The translations under genes were made by a program, and so were the position numbers. Positions 1 to 10,528 of a stretch of 64,000 nt of DNA are shown piece by piece. This DNA is from Halorarum halobium (GTDB lineage: Archaea > Halobacteriota > Halobacteria > Halobacteriales > Haloferacaceae), in assembly GCF_032116555.1 (NCBI RefSeq), contig NZ_CP134949.1, positions 124,001-188,000 on the forward strand. The letters run 5' to 3'. The notes under the pieces are model-generated. The model saw only the letters and a list, made by a program, of their open reading frames with translations, made no database searches and was not told the origin of the DNA. Numbering within the stretch: position 1 is the first letter of the stretch; the number at the start of each line of letters is the position of its first letter.

Positions 1-745
1 CGACCAGCACCCACCAGTTCGAGGGGACGATGCGGCCCTCGTAGAACGCGAACCGATCGCCGAACGGGAGGTGGGGGACGCCGACGTAGCGCCGGCGCGC
101 CAGCAGGTAGTAGACGCTCGTGGGGAGCGGCGCGAGGAGCACCGCGGGCCCCAGGAGCCGGCACGACGGCGACCAGTTCACGCCCTCGGCCCGCCCGAGC
201 AACGTGGCGTCCCGGAGGAGCGAGATCGGCAAGAGGAGCGCGCGGAGCAGCGCGGCGACCGCGAGACCGAGCAGCACGCCGCCGCCGGCCGCGGACGCGA
301 GCCGGCCCGAGAGCGAGGGAACGGGCAGTTCCGCGAGCGCGAGCGGGAGGCTCCAGAGCGCCGCCACCAGCGCCCAGGCGACCGTGCCGACCAGCAGCAC
401 GGCCCACCACGACGCACCCGTCGGGTCGGAGTCCCGAAACCGGGCCGGCGGTCGCGGCAGTTCGACGGACAGTGGGCCGCCCGACTCGCTCGTGGCGGCC
501 GACACCCCCGACCGCTCCCGGCCGTCGGATTCGACCGAATCCCCGGCGTCGGTGGAGTCATCGGGACGCGGGGTGCCGAGCGGGCGGGACGGCTCCGCCG
601 GGAGCCGGACCGTGACCTCCGTTTCCGAAGCGTCCGACCCCGCCGCGTCAGACGTTCCCACATCCCCCGATCGTGCCGACCCCGTCCACTCGAAACCGTG
701 TCCTTCCGAATCGTCGTCCGTCGGGCGGTCGGACGGGTCCGTCAT
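1..745 (-). CDS. Hypothetical membrane protein, 5' part (runs off the window start)
   Basis: Manual translation from the ATG at 745 gives MTDPSDRPTDDDSEG..., an acidic N-terminus followed by hydrophobic segments (WWAVLLVGTVAWALVAALW; GVLLGLAVAALLRALL). TATA-like CTTAAG at 771-776. Not in the ORF track because it is truncated. Confidence 0.65.
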   Translation of the reverse strand, partial: MTDPSDRPTDDDSEGHGFEWTGSARSGDVGTSDAAGSDASETEVTVRLPAEPSRPLGTPRPDDSTDAGDSVESDGRERSGVSAATSESGGPLSVELPRPPARFRDSDPTGASWWAVLLVGTVAWALVAALWSLPLALAELPVPSLSGRLASAAGGGVLLGLAVAALLRALLLPISLLRDATLLGRAEGVNWSPSCRLLGPAVLLAPLPTSVYYLLARRRYVGVPHLPFGDRFAFYEGRIVPSNWWVLV

Positions 746-867
746 CGACCGTCCGGAGGGGGGTGTGACACTTAAGCAACGGGGGACGAACAGCGGACGG
801 TTCGGCGACGGCGTGGTCGCAGTGGGGTGGCGAACAGTGCCGAAGCGGTGCCGTGCTGTGCGGTTCA

Positions 868-1018
868 CGAGCGTCAGTACCGCGAGCGAGGGAGGCGCGG
901 CGCAGCCGCGCCGACCGAGTCTGGCGGCGTTTTGGCATGAACGGGTTTTGCGGGGGTTCGACGAGCGAGGGCCGGCTGAGCCGGCCCGAGCGAGGAGGAC
1001 CCCCGCAAAGGAGGTTCC
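868..1018. repeat. Palindromic intergenic repeat, family A, copy 1
   Basis: GTACCGCGAGCGAGGGAGGCGC...GGCATGAACGGGTTTTGCGGGGGTTCGACGAG...GGACCCCCGCAAAGGAGGTTC. Homologous to 42095-42305, 42400-42580 and 53457-53645. Confidence 0.85.
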
Positions 1019-2662
1019 TCAGGTGAACTTCCGAACCGTCATGTCCAGCGTGTCGAGTTCGAGGATTGGCGCGAACCCGGCGTCGGGGTCGATGTTGACG
1101 GACTTCTGGAAGTCGGTCTGGGCCTGCCAGCAGCCCGAGTTGACCGCGAGGACGTTGTGGTACTTCCCCCAGCCCAGCTTGTGGACGTGGCCGGTGTGGA
1201 ACACGTCCGGCACCTCGTCCATCACGAGGTAGTCCTTCTCCTCCGGGGCGATGCGGGTGTGACCGCCGTACTGCGGTGCGACGTGGCGCTTCTTCAACAG
1301 CTGGTACATGGCCCTGTGGGGCTCGTCGTAGCTGGCCTTCTCTTCGGGAAGCTCGGCGATGACCTCGTCGAGCGAGACGCCGTGGTACATGAGGATCGAG
1401 ACGCCCTCGACGTCGACCATCGACGGGTTGCCCGAGATCTGCGGGTCGTGGGCCGACATGATGTCGCGGAGCTCCTCGTCGAAGCCCGGTTGCGGTTCGG
1501 CGAGCCGGACCGCGTCGTGGTTGCCCGGGATCATCACGATCTCCATGTCGCCGGGCACCTCCTTGAGGTACTCCGCAAAGCGCTCGTACTGGTCGTAGAT
1601 GTCCACCACGTCGAGTTCCTCGTCCTGGTTCGGGTAGACGCCGACGCCCTCGACCATGTCGCCAGCGACGAGGAGGTACTCGACGCGTTCGGCCTCCTCG
1701 GTGTGGAGCCAGTCGGCAAAGCGGTGCCAGGCGTCGGCCATGAACTCCTGGGAACCGACGTGGACGTCCGAGATGAGCGCCGCCTCGACCTCGCGGTCGG
1801 CCGTGCTCGGCCTGTACGTCCGTGGGACGTCCGGGAAGTGGATGGCGTCGACGAACAGGATGCCCGCGTCGTCCGCGAGGGTGCCCTGGACGGCGATGCA
1901 CTCGTCCAGCAGCAGTTCGTCGACCAGGTCCGCGATGTCCCGGTCCTTCATGACGAGACACGGAAACGTCCCCGTCGTGTCCTCGAGTTCGATCAGCCAG
2001 TGGCCCGAAGCCGTCGAGCGGATGTCGTTGACGAGGCCGATGAGTTCGGCCTCGCTGCCGCCCGGCATCTCCTGGATCGCCTCGGCGGGGCGGTGGTTCA
2101 CTCGCCCGCGCAACTGGCCCGCGAGCCGGTCGTACCGGTCGCGGAACACGCGCACGAACTCGTCGTACTCGCCCGTCCCGGTCGAGCGGCCGGTGACGTC
2201 GTTCCCGATGCCGGGCGGGTTCGGCGTCCGACTCCCCACGCGGGAAGACCCCTCCGTTTCGACTGGAGCCGTGCGGGTGGAGTCGCCCGACTGGCCGGGA
2301 GCAGTTGCAGTCGAAACGGAGGGGTCGCCGGTCGCCGGGGCGGCGGTCTCCGGGACCGTTTCGGCGGTCTCCGGGACCGTTTCGGCGGTCGCCGTGGTCG
2401 CATCGGCGGTCGCCGGGGCGGCGGTGGTCTCCGCTCCGTCGGTCGAGACTGCTTTCGGGTCGGCGGCGGGCGTTTCGGCCAGCACGGAGCGAACGTGGTC
2501 CGTCGTCAGAACGAGCGTGGATTCGGGGGTCGACTCGATGGCTGCCTCGAGCGCGAGCGCTGGCGAATCGGCGTCGGTGATGAGGGTGACGGCCTCCCGT
2601 TCGGCGTTGTAGCCGCGGGCCGTCAGCGCCTGCACGACCCGGGAGGGCGTCTCCAGTGGCAC
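1019..2662 (-). CDS. polD1: DNA polymerase D small (proofreading exonuclease) subunit DP1
   Basis: OB-fold region plus calcineurin-like phosphoesterase motifs (SDVHVG, AGDMVEG, PGNHD, YHG, HTGHVH). Lies next to sec11 and cdc6. Probable GTG start giving (M)PLETP. Confidence 0.95.
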   Translation of the reverse strand: MPLETPSRVVQALTARGYNAEREAVTLITDADSPALALEAAIESTPESTLVLTTDHVRSVLAETPAADPKAVSTDGAETTAAPATADATTATAETVPETAETVPETAAPATGDPSVSTATAPGQSGDSTRTAPVETEGSSRVGSRTPNPPGIGNDVTGRSTGTGEYDEFVRVFRDRYDRLAGQLRGRVNHRPAEAIQEMPGGSEAELIGLVNDIRSTASGHWLIELEDTTGTFPCLVMKDRDIADLVDELLLDECIAVQGTLADDAGILFVDAIHFPDVPRTYRPSTADREVEAALISDVHVGSQEFMADAWHRFADWLHTEEAERVEYLLVAGDMVEGVGVYPNQDEELDVVDIYDQYERFAEYLKEVPGDMEIVMIPGNHDAVRLAEPQPGFDEELRDIMSAHDPQISGNPSMVDVEGVSILMYHGVSLDEVIAELPEEKASYDEPHRAMYQLLKKRHVAPQYGGHTRIAPEEKDYLVMDEVPDVFHTGHVHKLGWGKYHNVLAVNSGCWQAQTDFQKSVNIDPDAGFAPILELDTLDMTVRKFT

Positions 2663-2842
2663 AGGGAGAGAGGTCAACGGGTGGCGGCAAAAGGGTAGCG
2701 AACCGGTGGAAGGTGGTCACCAAGGGTACGGATCCACCCCAGTCGGTAACCAAGCGCCGAAATCGGGAGAAAACGGTCACTGCCACGGTTCGAGACTCCC
2801 CGACCCAGAAGGTTCAACACCGGCCGGGCGGAACTCGGTGCA

Positions 2843-3631
2843 ATGAGTGACGACGGAGGGTCCCCCAACGAGGACCCATTGCGGCGATTCCTCCACGCGG
2901 ATTCCGGTCCCCTGCTGTTCGTTCGGGAGGTGCTCTCCTCCGCGCTGGCCGTCGCGCTGGTCGGCCTCCTCCTGTTCGCGGTCGCGGGCGTCTGGCCGCC
3001 GATGGTCGCCGTCGAGTCCGAAAGCATGGAGCCCCACATGCATCCGGGCGACCTCGTGTTCATGACCGAGCCCGACCGGTTCGCCCCGTCGTTCGCGGTC
3101 GGCGATACGGGCGTCGTGACCGCCGAAACCGGGGCGACCGAGGAGTTCCGGAGTTTCGACGGCTACGGCTCGGTCGTCATCTATCAGACGCCGGAGCGGG
3201 CGGCCAGGGGGCAGTCGCCGATCATCCACCGGGCGATGTTCCACGTCGAGGAGGGCGAGAACTGGTACGACGAGGCGAACCCGGCGTACGTCAACGGGGA
3301 GTCGTGTCAGGCGATCCGCTACTGTCCGGCGCCCCACGCCGGCTTCATCACGAAGGGTGACAACAACGCGAAGTACGATCAGGCGCTCGATTTCGCCGGG
3401 CCCGTGCGGAGCGACTGGATCCGCGGCATCGCACAGGTGCGAATCCCCTACCTCGGCTGGGTGAGGCTCGTCTTCTCGGGCACGGTGACCCCGGCCCAGG
3501 TCGGACCCGTCGGGGACGCCGGTGTCGTCACGGCTGCAACGACCGAGGGTTCCAACACGACGGCGGCCGGAGGGCAGGGCGTTAGGCCGTCGCTAGCATC
3601 CGGGAGTCCGACGCCGGTTTCGGCCCGATAA
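2843..3631 (+). CDS. sec11: Signal peptidase I (S26/Sec11 type)
   Basis: N-terminal transmembrane segment, then VESESMEP (catalytic Ser), IIHR (His) and TKGDNN motifs. Confidence 0.92.
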   Translation: MSDDGGSPNEDPLRRFLHADSGPLLFVREVLSSALAVALVGLLLFAVAGVWPPMVAVESESMEPHMHPGDLVFMTEPDRFAPSFAVGDTGVVTAETGATEEFRSFDGYGSVVIYQTPERAARGQSPIIHRAMFHVEEGENWYDEANPAYVNGESCQAIRYCPAPHAGFITKGDNNAKYDQALDFAGPVRSDWIRGIAQVRIPYLGWVRLVFSGTVTPAQVGPVGDAGVVTAATTEGSNTTAAGGQGVRPSLASGSPTPVSAR

Positions 3632-3844
3632 CCACCAGTTCCCGTGGAGCTATTTTCGCCGAAGATCGCAATCAGTGAGTACTGTTTACATGCGAAACGT
3701 TGGGGTGTCGGTGTCGGCCGACCCGCCGATCTCCAGCGAACCCGGACGCCGGGTGGAACACCGCGCTCCCGATCGTCGGATCGAACGCTGCGGTGAAATC
3801 CAGTCCGCCAGGTAGTACCGGGGGCTCCAGGTGAAACCCTGCCG

Positions 3845-5587
3845 TCAGTTGTCGAACCGCGCCTGCACGAACGGCTGGGCGTCCTCGATGTCGCCGAGCC
3901 GGGAGTCCGAGAGAAGCACCGCCTCGGTCTCGTCGATGGGAACCGAGAGCGAGATCTCCTTCGTCCGGCCGTAGCGGCCCTTCGAGACGACGACCGCGTT
4001 GACGATGCCGAGCATGTCCAGTTCCGAGATGAGGTCCGTGACGCGGCGCTGGGTGAGCACGTCGGCGTCGATCTCCTCGCAGAGGCGCTTGTAGATGTTG
4101 AACGCCTCGCCCGTGTTCACGTTGTGGACGCCGTTCTTCTCCAGCAGGATGATGGAAAAGAGGACGATCTTCGACTGGGTCGGCAGGGTGCGGACGACCT
4201 CGACGACGCGGTCGAGTTCGATCTTGTCCTGGGCCTGCCGGACGTGGGACTCCTCGACGAGGTCGGCCTGCGAGCGCTCGGCGAGTTCGCCGGCCGTGCG
4301 CAGCAGGTCGAGCGCGCGCCGCGCGTCGCCGTGCTCCTGGGCGGCGAACGCCGCACACAGCGGGATGACGTCCTCGGTGAGCGCGTCAGCCTTGAACGCG
4401 ATGTCCGAGCGGTGCTGGAGGATGTCCCGGAGCTGGTTCGCGTCGTAGGGCGGGAAGACGATCTCCTCCTCGCCGAGGCTGGACTTGACGCGGGGGTCGA
4501 GGAAGTCGGTGAACTTCAGATCGTTCGAGATGCCCATGATGGAGATGCGGGAGTTGTCCAGCTCGGAGTTCATCCGCGAGAGGTTGTACAGCGTGTCGTC
4601 GCCCGACTTCTCGACGAGCTTGTCGATCTCGTCGAGCATGATGACGACGACGCGCTCGTGGTAGTCCACGGCGTCGAAGAACGTCGTGTACACGCGGTCG
4701 GTCGGCCACCCGGTCATCGGGACCTCCTCCATCTCCTCGCGGTCGGCCTCCAGCTCGTCGATCCGGTCGGCGACGTCCGCGGCGGTCGCGAACTCCGTGC
4801 CGGCGAGGGCGTCGACGTCCTCGGTCGCGTCCGCGTACAGGCCCTCGAGCTCCCCGAGACGGTCGTCGATGACGGCCTCGTTCTTCTCGATGAACTTGTT
4901 CGCGAGCTGGGCGAGCACGCGGTACTGCGTGTCGGTCACCTCGCAGTTGATGTACTCGACCTCGCAGGGGACGTCGTACTTCTGGCTCGTGGATTCGAGC
5001 TCCTGTGAGACGAACTTCGCGGAGGCGGTCTTCCCGGTCCCCGTCTTCCCGTAGATGAGGATGTTCGAGGGCGTCTCCCCGCGGAGCGCCGAGACGAGGA
5101 TCGTCGCCATCTTGTTGATCTGGTCGGTCCGGTGCGGGAGTTCGTGCGGCGTGTAGGAGGGCCGGAGCACCTCCTTGTTCTCGAAGATCGGTTCGCCCGA
5201 GAGCAGGTCGTCGAACAGCCCCGTGTTCTCCTCGTCCTCGTCCGCGAGCACCTCGTCGACGTCGAGGTCGACCTCGGTCTCGGTGCGGGTCCGGGAGCCG
5301 AACTCGAACGCGCCGGAGCCGTCACCGTCGGTTGACCCCGCGGCGGCGACCTCGGCCGCGGACGGCGGCTCGTCCCCGCTCGACGTCTCGCTCGGGGACG
5401 CCGAACCATCGGAAGGGGTCGTTTCGACTGCGTCCTCGCCCCCGCCGCCGCCCGCCGGGTCCGGTTCCGTGCCCTCGAGCACCCGGTCGGGGTCGTCCGC
5501 CGTCGATGCGTCCTCGCGGTCGGTCCGGTCCCCCTGCTGCCGGACCGCCGCGTCGTCGGTCGTCTCGGTTCGATCGTCTCGTGTCAT
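3845..5587 (-). CDS. orc1: Orc1/Cdc6 replication initiator
   Basis: Walker A GKTGTGKT, Walker B IMLDEID, GDARRALDLL and C-terminal winged helix (SKGRYGRT). Adjacent to the ORB cluster. Confidence 0.96.
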   Translation of the reverse strand: MTRDDRTETTDDAAVRQQGDRTDREDASTADDPDRVLEGTEPDPAGGGGGEDAVETTPSDGSASPSETSSGDEPPSAAEVAAAGSTDGDGSGAFEFGSRTRTETEVDLDVDEVLADEDEENTGLFDDLLSGEPIFENKEVLRPSYTPHELPHRTDQINKMATILVSALRGETPSNILIYGKTGTGKTASAKFVSQELESTSQKYDVPCEVEYINCEVTDTQYRVLAQLANKFIEKNEAVIDDRLGELEGLYADATEDVDALAGTEFATAADVADRIDELEADREEMEEVPMTGWPTDRVYTTFFDAVDYHERVVVIMLDEIDKLVEKSGDDTLYNLSRMNSELDNSRISIMGISNDLKFTDFLDPRVKSSLGEEEIVFPPYDANQLRDILQHRSDIAFKADALTEDVIPLCAAFAAQEHGDARRALDLLRTAGELAERSQADLVEESHVRQAQDKIELDRVVEVVRTLPTQSKIVLFSIILLEKNGVHNVNTGEAFNIYKRLCEEIDADVLTQRRVTDLISELDMLGIVNAVVVSKGRYGRTKEISLSVPIDETEAVLLSDSRLGDIEDAQPFVQARFDN

Positions 5588-5599
5588 GCGTTCGTGGTT

Positions 5600-5620
5600 C
5601 CCCTTCGTTTCGCGTGGAAC
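5600..5620 (-). promoter_or_regulatory. ORB-like box in the orc1 5' leader
   Basis: Minus strand reads GTTCCACGCGAAACGAAGGGG, ending 13 nt upstream of the orc1 ATG. Matches the origin ORBs. Confidence 0.7.
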
Positions 5621-5749
5621 GCCGGGCGGAGAGTCGATGAATCGGGGCGTATTTACACGTGAGCCACCGATTCGTGCTCCCATCGGCGGACGCCGGGCGT
5701 CCAGATGATGCAGCCGAAGCAGATGAACAGCCGGAGTAAAAACCTTACT

Positions 5750-6800
5750 CTTCAGACGGCCGGTTCGCGCGGGCCAGTCGATCGAGACGAGTCCGTCGGA
5801 CCAGCAGATCCCCGAGCTGCTGGTCCAGCGCGGTCGGTACGTGGAGCTACCCCGGCTCGGACTCCGCCGACCCCGGGGTTTCGTGTCCGGAGCAGTGACC
5901 GGACGATGGCTCTTCCGGAGACTGACCGTCCCGGTTTCCGGTGAAACCGATCCGGGTCTCGTGAACCGTCGCCGGGAAAGCGAAAAACCGGTTCACACCG
6001 GCCGCATCGACGTTCGAATTTCCGATCGCTCCCGCCGAGAGCTCTCGGATTAATATCAACTAGTGGAGGCGAAATGGTGATTGTAGGTTCGTCCAGCGTG
6101 ATCGGTGTTGGAGGTGAAACGGAGGTGGGTGTCGGCGGATTCCCGCGGAGCGGTTCGCTCGCTAGCGTTCGTGGTGGAGTTGAAGCGGTGGGGGGTCGGA
6201 AATCGAGAGTCCAGGCAGGCATCGTGTTCGTCGTGATCGGGGCGACCCCCCAACCCCTTCGTTTCTACTGGAATCCACGATGGACGGGAGAGGGTGTGAC
6301 CCGTCACGGGGACGACGGGACCCGGTGGTTTTATCTCACCCCAACTCAAACAATATCCGCACGACTAGCAGTTTGAGTTAATTACTGGGTGTCGTAGGCT
6401 CTAGAGAGGTTCCACCGCTCGATCCGCCACCGGCCGCCAGCCGTTTCCACCGGAAACGAGGGGGTAGGGGGGACTGCACACGACCGTTCGGCCCCGTCAC
6501 GCCCCATCTCGTCCGGCACAGGCACGTCACGTCCCTCCCGTCTGGCCCAGTCTCGTCACGTCTCACGTCGATACGATTTCACCCGGTCCGACCGATCGAC
6601 CACTAACGGCCGCCTACTGATGCTCAACCGTCCGATCGGTTCCCGGTCCTCCCGTGGGGAGACATTCTCCCAGGACGACGACCGGTGACGGGGGAGTTGA
6701 TCCGACGTTGCTGTGGCCATCACGCCCGATCCGGCGTGACGACGTCGACCGTACTCACCCGGAATCTCGGCCCACGACGCTCGAAACGCCCGCATGGCGG
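5750..6800. other. Chromosomal replication origin (oriC1-type) with ORB elements and AT-rich unwinding segments
   Basis: Long intergenic region between divergent orc1 and oapA. ORBs with G-strings at 6246-6273 (-, TTCCAGTAGAAACGAAGGGGTTGGGGGG) and 6443-6472 (+, GTTTCCACCGGAAACGAGGGGGTAGGGGGG). Weaker boxes near 6107-6130 and 6174-6196. AT-rich tracts near 6048-6065 and 6328-6385. Confidence 0.9.
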
Positions 6801-6875
6801 CGTCTGACGTAGTGCTTAAGTATCGGCCCCAGTTTGGTGGGGTAACGCCCTCCTACACGGGAGGGGGAGGCCAGA

Positions 6876-7517
6876 ATGGGTCTGCTCACGAATCTCAGAG
6901 ACAGCATATCGCGCGTCACGGACGGGCTCTTCTCGGAGTCCGAGCCGAAACGCATCGGTATCTACGGACCGCCAAACGCCGGCAAGACGACGCTGGCGAA
7001 CCGCATCGCACGGGACTGGACCGGCGACGCCGTGGGCCCCGAGAGCCACGTCCCCCACGAGACGCGCCGCGCCCGCCGGAAGGAGAACGTCCAGATCGAA
7101 CGGAACGGCAAGACGGTCACCATCGACATCGTCGACACGCCCGGCGTGACGACGAAGGTCGACTACAAGGAGTTCCTCGACCACGACATGGAGAAGGAGG
7201 ACGCCGTCAAGCGGTCGCGCGAGGCGACCGAGGGCGTCGCCGAGGCGATGCACTGGCTCCGCGAGGACGTCGACGGCGTCATCTACGTGCTCGACTCCGC
7301 GACGGACCCGTTCACGCAGGTGAACACGATGCTCATCGGCATCATCGAGAGCCAGGACCTCCCCGTGCTCATCTTCGCGAACAAGACCGACCTGGACGAC
7401 TCCGACGTCAAACGCATCTCCGACGCGTTCCCGCAACACGAGACGGTGCCGCTCTCGGCGCTAGAGGGGAACAACATGGACGAGGTGTACGAGAAGATCG
7501 CGGAGTACTTCGCATAA
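6876..7517 (+). CDS. oapA: Origin-associated GTP-binding protein (Era-like)
   Basis: G1 GPPNAGKT, G3 DTPG and G4 NKTD motifs. First gene of the operon divergent from orc1. TATA-like CTTAAG at ~6815. Confidence 0.9.
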   Translation: MGLLTNLRDSISRVTDGLFSESEPKRIGIYGPPNAGKTTLANRIARDWTGDAVGPESHVPHETRRARRKENVQIERNGKTVTIDIVDTPGVTTKVDYKEFLDHDMEKEDAVKRSREATEGVAEAMHWLREDVDGVIYVLDSATDPFTQVNTMLIGIIESQDLPVLIFANKTDLDDSDVKRISDAFPQHETVPLSALEGNNMDEVYEKIAEYFA

Positions 7518-7903
7518 TGCCCGAAGCGACAACGCCGGACGACGACGGCGTCCGAATCGACCTGATCAGCGGCGCGCGCATGGACGGGCTCACCTCGATG
7601 GAGAAGATCCGGCTCATCCTCGACACCGTCCGCGACGGCGACATCGTCGTCCTGGAGGAGGGGCTCTCGCCCGAGGAGGAGTCGAAGCTCATCGAGGTGA
7701 CGATGACCGAGATCAGCCCGGACGACTTCACGGGCATCGAGATCGAGTCGTACCCGCAGTCGCGCGCGAAGAGCGGCGGCATCCTCGACCGCATCATGGG
7801 AAACGAGGAGACGAAGAAGCTCACCGTCATCGGCCCGGCCAACCAGCTCGAGACCCTCCACAAGGACGAGAACCTCATCAGCGCGCTCGTCTCGAGGAAG
7901 TAG
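7517..7903 (+). CDS. oapB: Origin-associated protein B (DUF2073-like)
   Basis: ATG overlaps the oapA stop (TAATG). Sequence includes MEKIRLILD..VLEEGLSPEEE..LTVIGPAN. Confidence 0.85.
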   Translation: MPEATTPDDDGVRIDLISGARMDGLTSMEKIRLILDTVRDGDIVVLEEGLSPEEESKLIEVTMTEISPDDFTGIEIESYPQSRAKSGGILDRIMGNEETKKLTVIGPANQLETLHKDENLISALVSRK

Positions 7904-8572
7904 ATGCCACACCAGTGTACCAACTGCGGGCGCACGTTCGCCGACGGCTCCAAGGAGATGCTCTCGGGCTGCCCGAACTGCGGCAGCAACAAGTTCCAAT
8001 TCCGCCCGGGGGGAACCGCCGACGCAGGCGACCCGGCGGACGCCAGCCACGGAACCGGCGGGGGAGCCGCCGGCGACGCGGCCGCGGGCGGTGCCGACGG
8101 AATCGACACCGGTGACGGATCCGCTGCGGACGCAACCGACGCCGGGGCGGGCGCTTCCGCCGCCGATCCGGACGCGACCACCACCGACGCCGAGCAGGTC
8201 GGACCCGGCGAGGAGGACGGCGCACAGGCGGCCGCCCGCAGCGAGATGGTGAGCAGTGCCGACCTGCCGAGCGACGGGGACGACTCCCGCCGCTGGACTC
8301 CACCCGAAACGGGGGCGTCCGGGGGGCCCGGAGCGGCGGGTTCCGGCGAGGACGGCGACGACGGGCAGCCTGCCGGGGAGAACGACCCCGACCTCGCCGC
8401 GCTGCGCGAGAAGCTGAACGACCAGTTCGAGTCCATCCGCATCCTCAACCCCGGCCAGTACGAACTCAACCTGATGGAGCTGTACGATCGGGACGAGTAC
8501 ATCATCTCCCTCCGCGAGGACGGCCGCTACGTCATCGAGATGCCCGAGACCTGGGGGCCCGAGGACGAGTAA
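7904..8572 (+). CDS. oapC: Origin-associated zinc-ribbon protein C (DUF2072-like)
   Basis: MPHQCTNC...GCPNCG N-terminus, acidic linker, and ESIRILNPGQYELNL C-terminus. Confidence 0.87.
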   Translation: MPHQCTNCGRTFADGSKEMLSGCPNCGSNKFQFRPGGTADAGDPADASHGTGGGAAGDAAAGGADGIDTGDGSAADATDAGAGASAADPDATTTDAEQVGPGEEDGAQAAARSEMVSSADLPSDGDDSRRWTPPETGASGGPGAAGSGEDGDDGQPAGENDPDLAALREKLNDQFESIRILNPGQYELNLMELYDRDEYIISLREDGRYVIEMPETWGPEDE

Positions 8573-8845
8573 TCCGCGCTCGTCCCCGCCACCTCTCCCC
8601 GCTCCGCTCTCGTCCTGTCGCCACCCAGCGACCGCCGCGTCCTCATCCGACAGTTTTCACGCGGCGTCCCGTCAGCCCCACCGTTTCCACTCGAATCGGT
8701 GCCACATCGCCGGTGACGGTCCGCTCACCACCTCCTTCCGGCTCGGTGTTCCACCCGAAGCGGCGGCCGCTCCGACGGTCGAGTCGGACGACACGCTCGG
8801 GGGAACCCGATAGAGCCTTCCGGGGTCCGACCGACCGTCCGACGA

Positions 8846-10351
8846 ATGCTCGGCTCGCTTCGCGAGCGCACCCGGAACGCCCTCCTGTCGTTCCCGGCGG
8901 CGCTCGCGAAACTGAACCTGCTCGACCGGCGAAAGGGCGAGGAGGCGTTCGACCTGGCCGTCCCGCAGATGGTCACCGGCGGGATGCGGACGCTGCTGCG
9001 CGCCGCCGACTTCCTCATGGTGAGCCTCTACGCCGGCGGGGCCGCCGTCGCCGCCCTGGAGTTCGGCTTCCAGTACTACTTCATCCCGTTCGGGCTGGCG
9101 CTCGCGCTCACCTCCGGCACCATCAGCGTCGTCTCCCGGCTGAAGGGGGCGGGCGACCACGGCGAGGCGAACTTCGTCATCAAGCAGTCGCTGTGGCTCG
9201 CGCTGCTGGTTTCCGTGCCGATCACCGTCTGCAGCTACTTCTTCGCCGAGGAACTGGTCGGCGTGCTCTCGAACGACGCCCGGACCGTCGAACTCGGCGG
9301 CGCGTACCTCCGCATCGTGATGTACTCGGTCGCGTTCCGCTTCTGGTCGATGATCGCCGCCCGCGCGCTCGCCGGGTCGGGCGACACACGGACGCCGATG
9401 TACGTCCGCCTGCTCACGCTGCCGACGAACATCGCCCTCAACGCCCTGCTCATCTTCGGGCTCGCCGGCTTTCCCGAACTCGGCATCCGCGGGGCCGCCT
9501 GGGGCACCACCGCGGCGAACGTCCTCGCGGGAGTCATCTTCGCCGGCACGCTCCTCTCGGGACGGTACTCGGTCAGGTTCCCCGTCCGGGGCAAGCAGTG
9601 GGACTGGGGCCACGCGCGGGAACTCGTCCGTGTGAGCCTCCCGCTCGCCGGAACCCGCCTCTCCAGGACGTTCGGGCGCTTCCCGTTCCTGTTCATCCTC
9701 GGCCTGCTCGGCACGAACGTCGTGGCCGCCTACGCCATCGGCCGCCGGGTGATGCTGCTCGCGTTGATGCCCGCCTGGGGCTACTCGACCGCCTCCTCCA
9801 CGCTCGTGGGCCAGGCGCTCGGCGCGGGGGACGAGGCGGAAGCCGACGATTACGGCTGGCAGACCCTTCGACTCGCGCTCGTTACGCAGTTGCTCATCGC
9901 GGCGGGAATCTTCCTCGCCGCCCGGCCCCTGGCGGCCGCGTTCAACTCCGAGGACCTCCCGCTCACGGTGACGTTCATCCGCGTGTTCGGGCTCGGCGTC
10001 GCGGGCTTTTCCGTCTCGCGGACGATGCGCGGCGCGCTCCGGGGAGCCGGAGACACGCGGTGGCCGCTGTACGGCGGACTCATCAGCACCTACGTCGTCC
10101 GGCTCCCCGTCGCGGTGCTCGCGCTTCCGGTCGCCTACTCGGTCACGGTGTTCGCCGGCCCGCTCGCGACGTCGCTCGGGCTCCCCGAGACCGTCGTCCC
10201 CCTGCCGGGGCTGGGACTCGGCCTGCTTGCCGTGTATCTCGCCATCCTCGGGGACATGTACGCCCGGGCGGCCGTGAACCTCGTCCGGTACTGGAGCGGC
10301 GCGTGGAAGGACGTCGCTCGGCGGGCCGGTGTCGGGTCGACGGCCGACTGA
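8846..10351 (+). CDS. MATE family efflux transporter
   Basis: About 12 hydrophobic segments with the repeated MATE motifs LAGSGDTRTPM and LRGAGDTRWPL. Confidence 0.9.
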   Translation: MLGSLRERTRNALLSFPAALAKLNLLDRRKGEEAFDLAVPQMVTGGMRTLLRAADFLMVSLYAGGAAVAALEFGFQYYFIPFGLALALTSGTISVVSRLKGAGDHGEANFVIKQSLWLALLVSVPITVCSYFFAEELVGVLSNDARTVELGGAYLRIVMYSVAFRFWSMIAARALAGSGDTRTPMYVRLLTLPTNIALNALLIFGLAGFPELGIRGAAWGTTAANVLAGVIFAGTLLSGRYSVRFPVRGKQWDWGHARELVRVSLPLAGTRLSRTFGRFPFLFILGLLGTNVVAAYAIGRRVMLLALMPAWGYSTASSTLVGQALGAGDEAEADDYGWQTLRLALVTQLLIAAGIFLAARPLAAAFNSEDLPLTVTFIRVFGLGVAGFSVSRTMRGALRGAGDTRWPLYGGLISTYVVRLPVAVLALPVAYSVTVFAGPLATSLGLPETVVPLPGLGLGLLAVYLAILGDMYARAAVNLVRYWSGAWKDVARRAGVGSTAD

Positions 10352-10528
10352 CTGGCGGGCAAACTCCGACTCGATGGCGATGCCAGCGAACCGCGACCCG
10401 CACGCCGTGGTGACCGACGTGTTCCACTCGAACCGAAGGGGGTTCACGGGACGGAGCCGCCGAACCACGCGACCCGCCGCGGGCGCGGATTGAAGCCTTT
10501 ATGCCGCGGCCGCCTGGACCATGAGGAC

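Noticed and set aside
2340..2390. 21-bp tandem repeat in polD1
   Set aside because: It is in frame (TAETVPE twice) within a disordered linker, an ordinary expansion.
4700..4900. Insertion within the Orc1 AAA+ domain as a possible intein
   Set aside because: It is a short acidic helical segment with no N-terminal Cys/Ser, no His-Asn terminus and no LAGLIDADG motif.
5705..6795. Short ORFs inside the origin region
   Set aside because: They have atypical composition, overlap ORBs and lack haloarchaeal codon bias.
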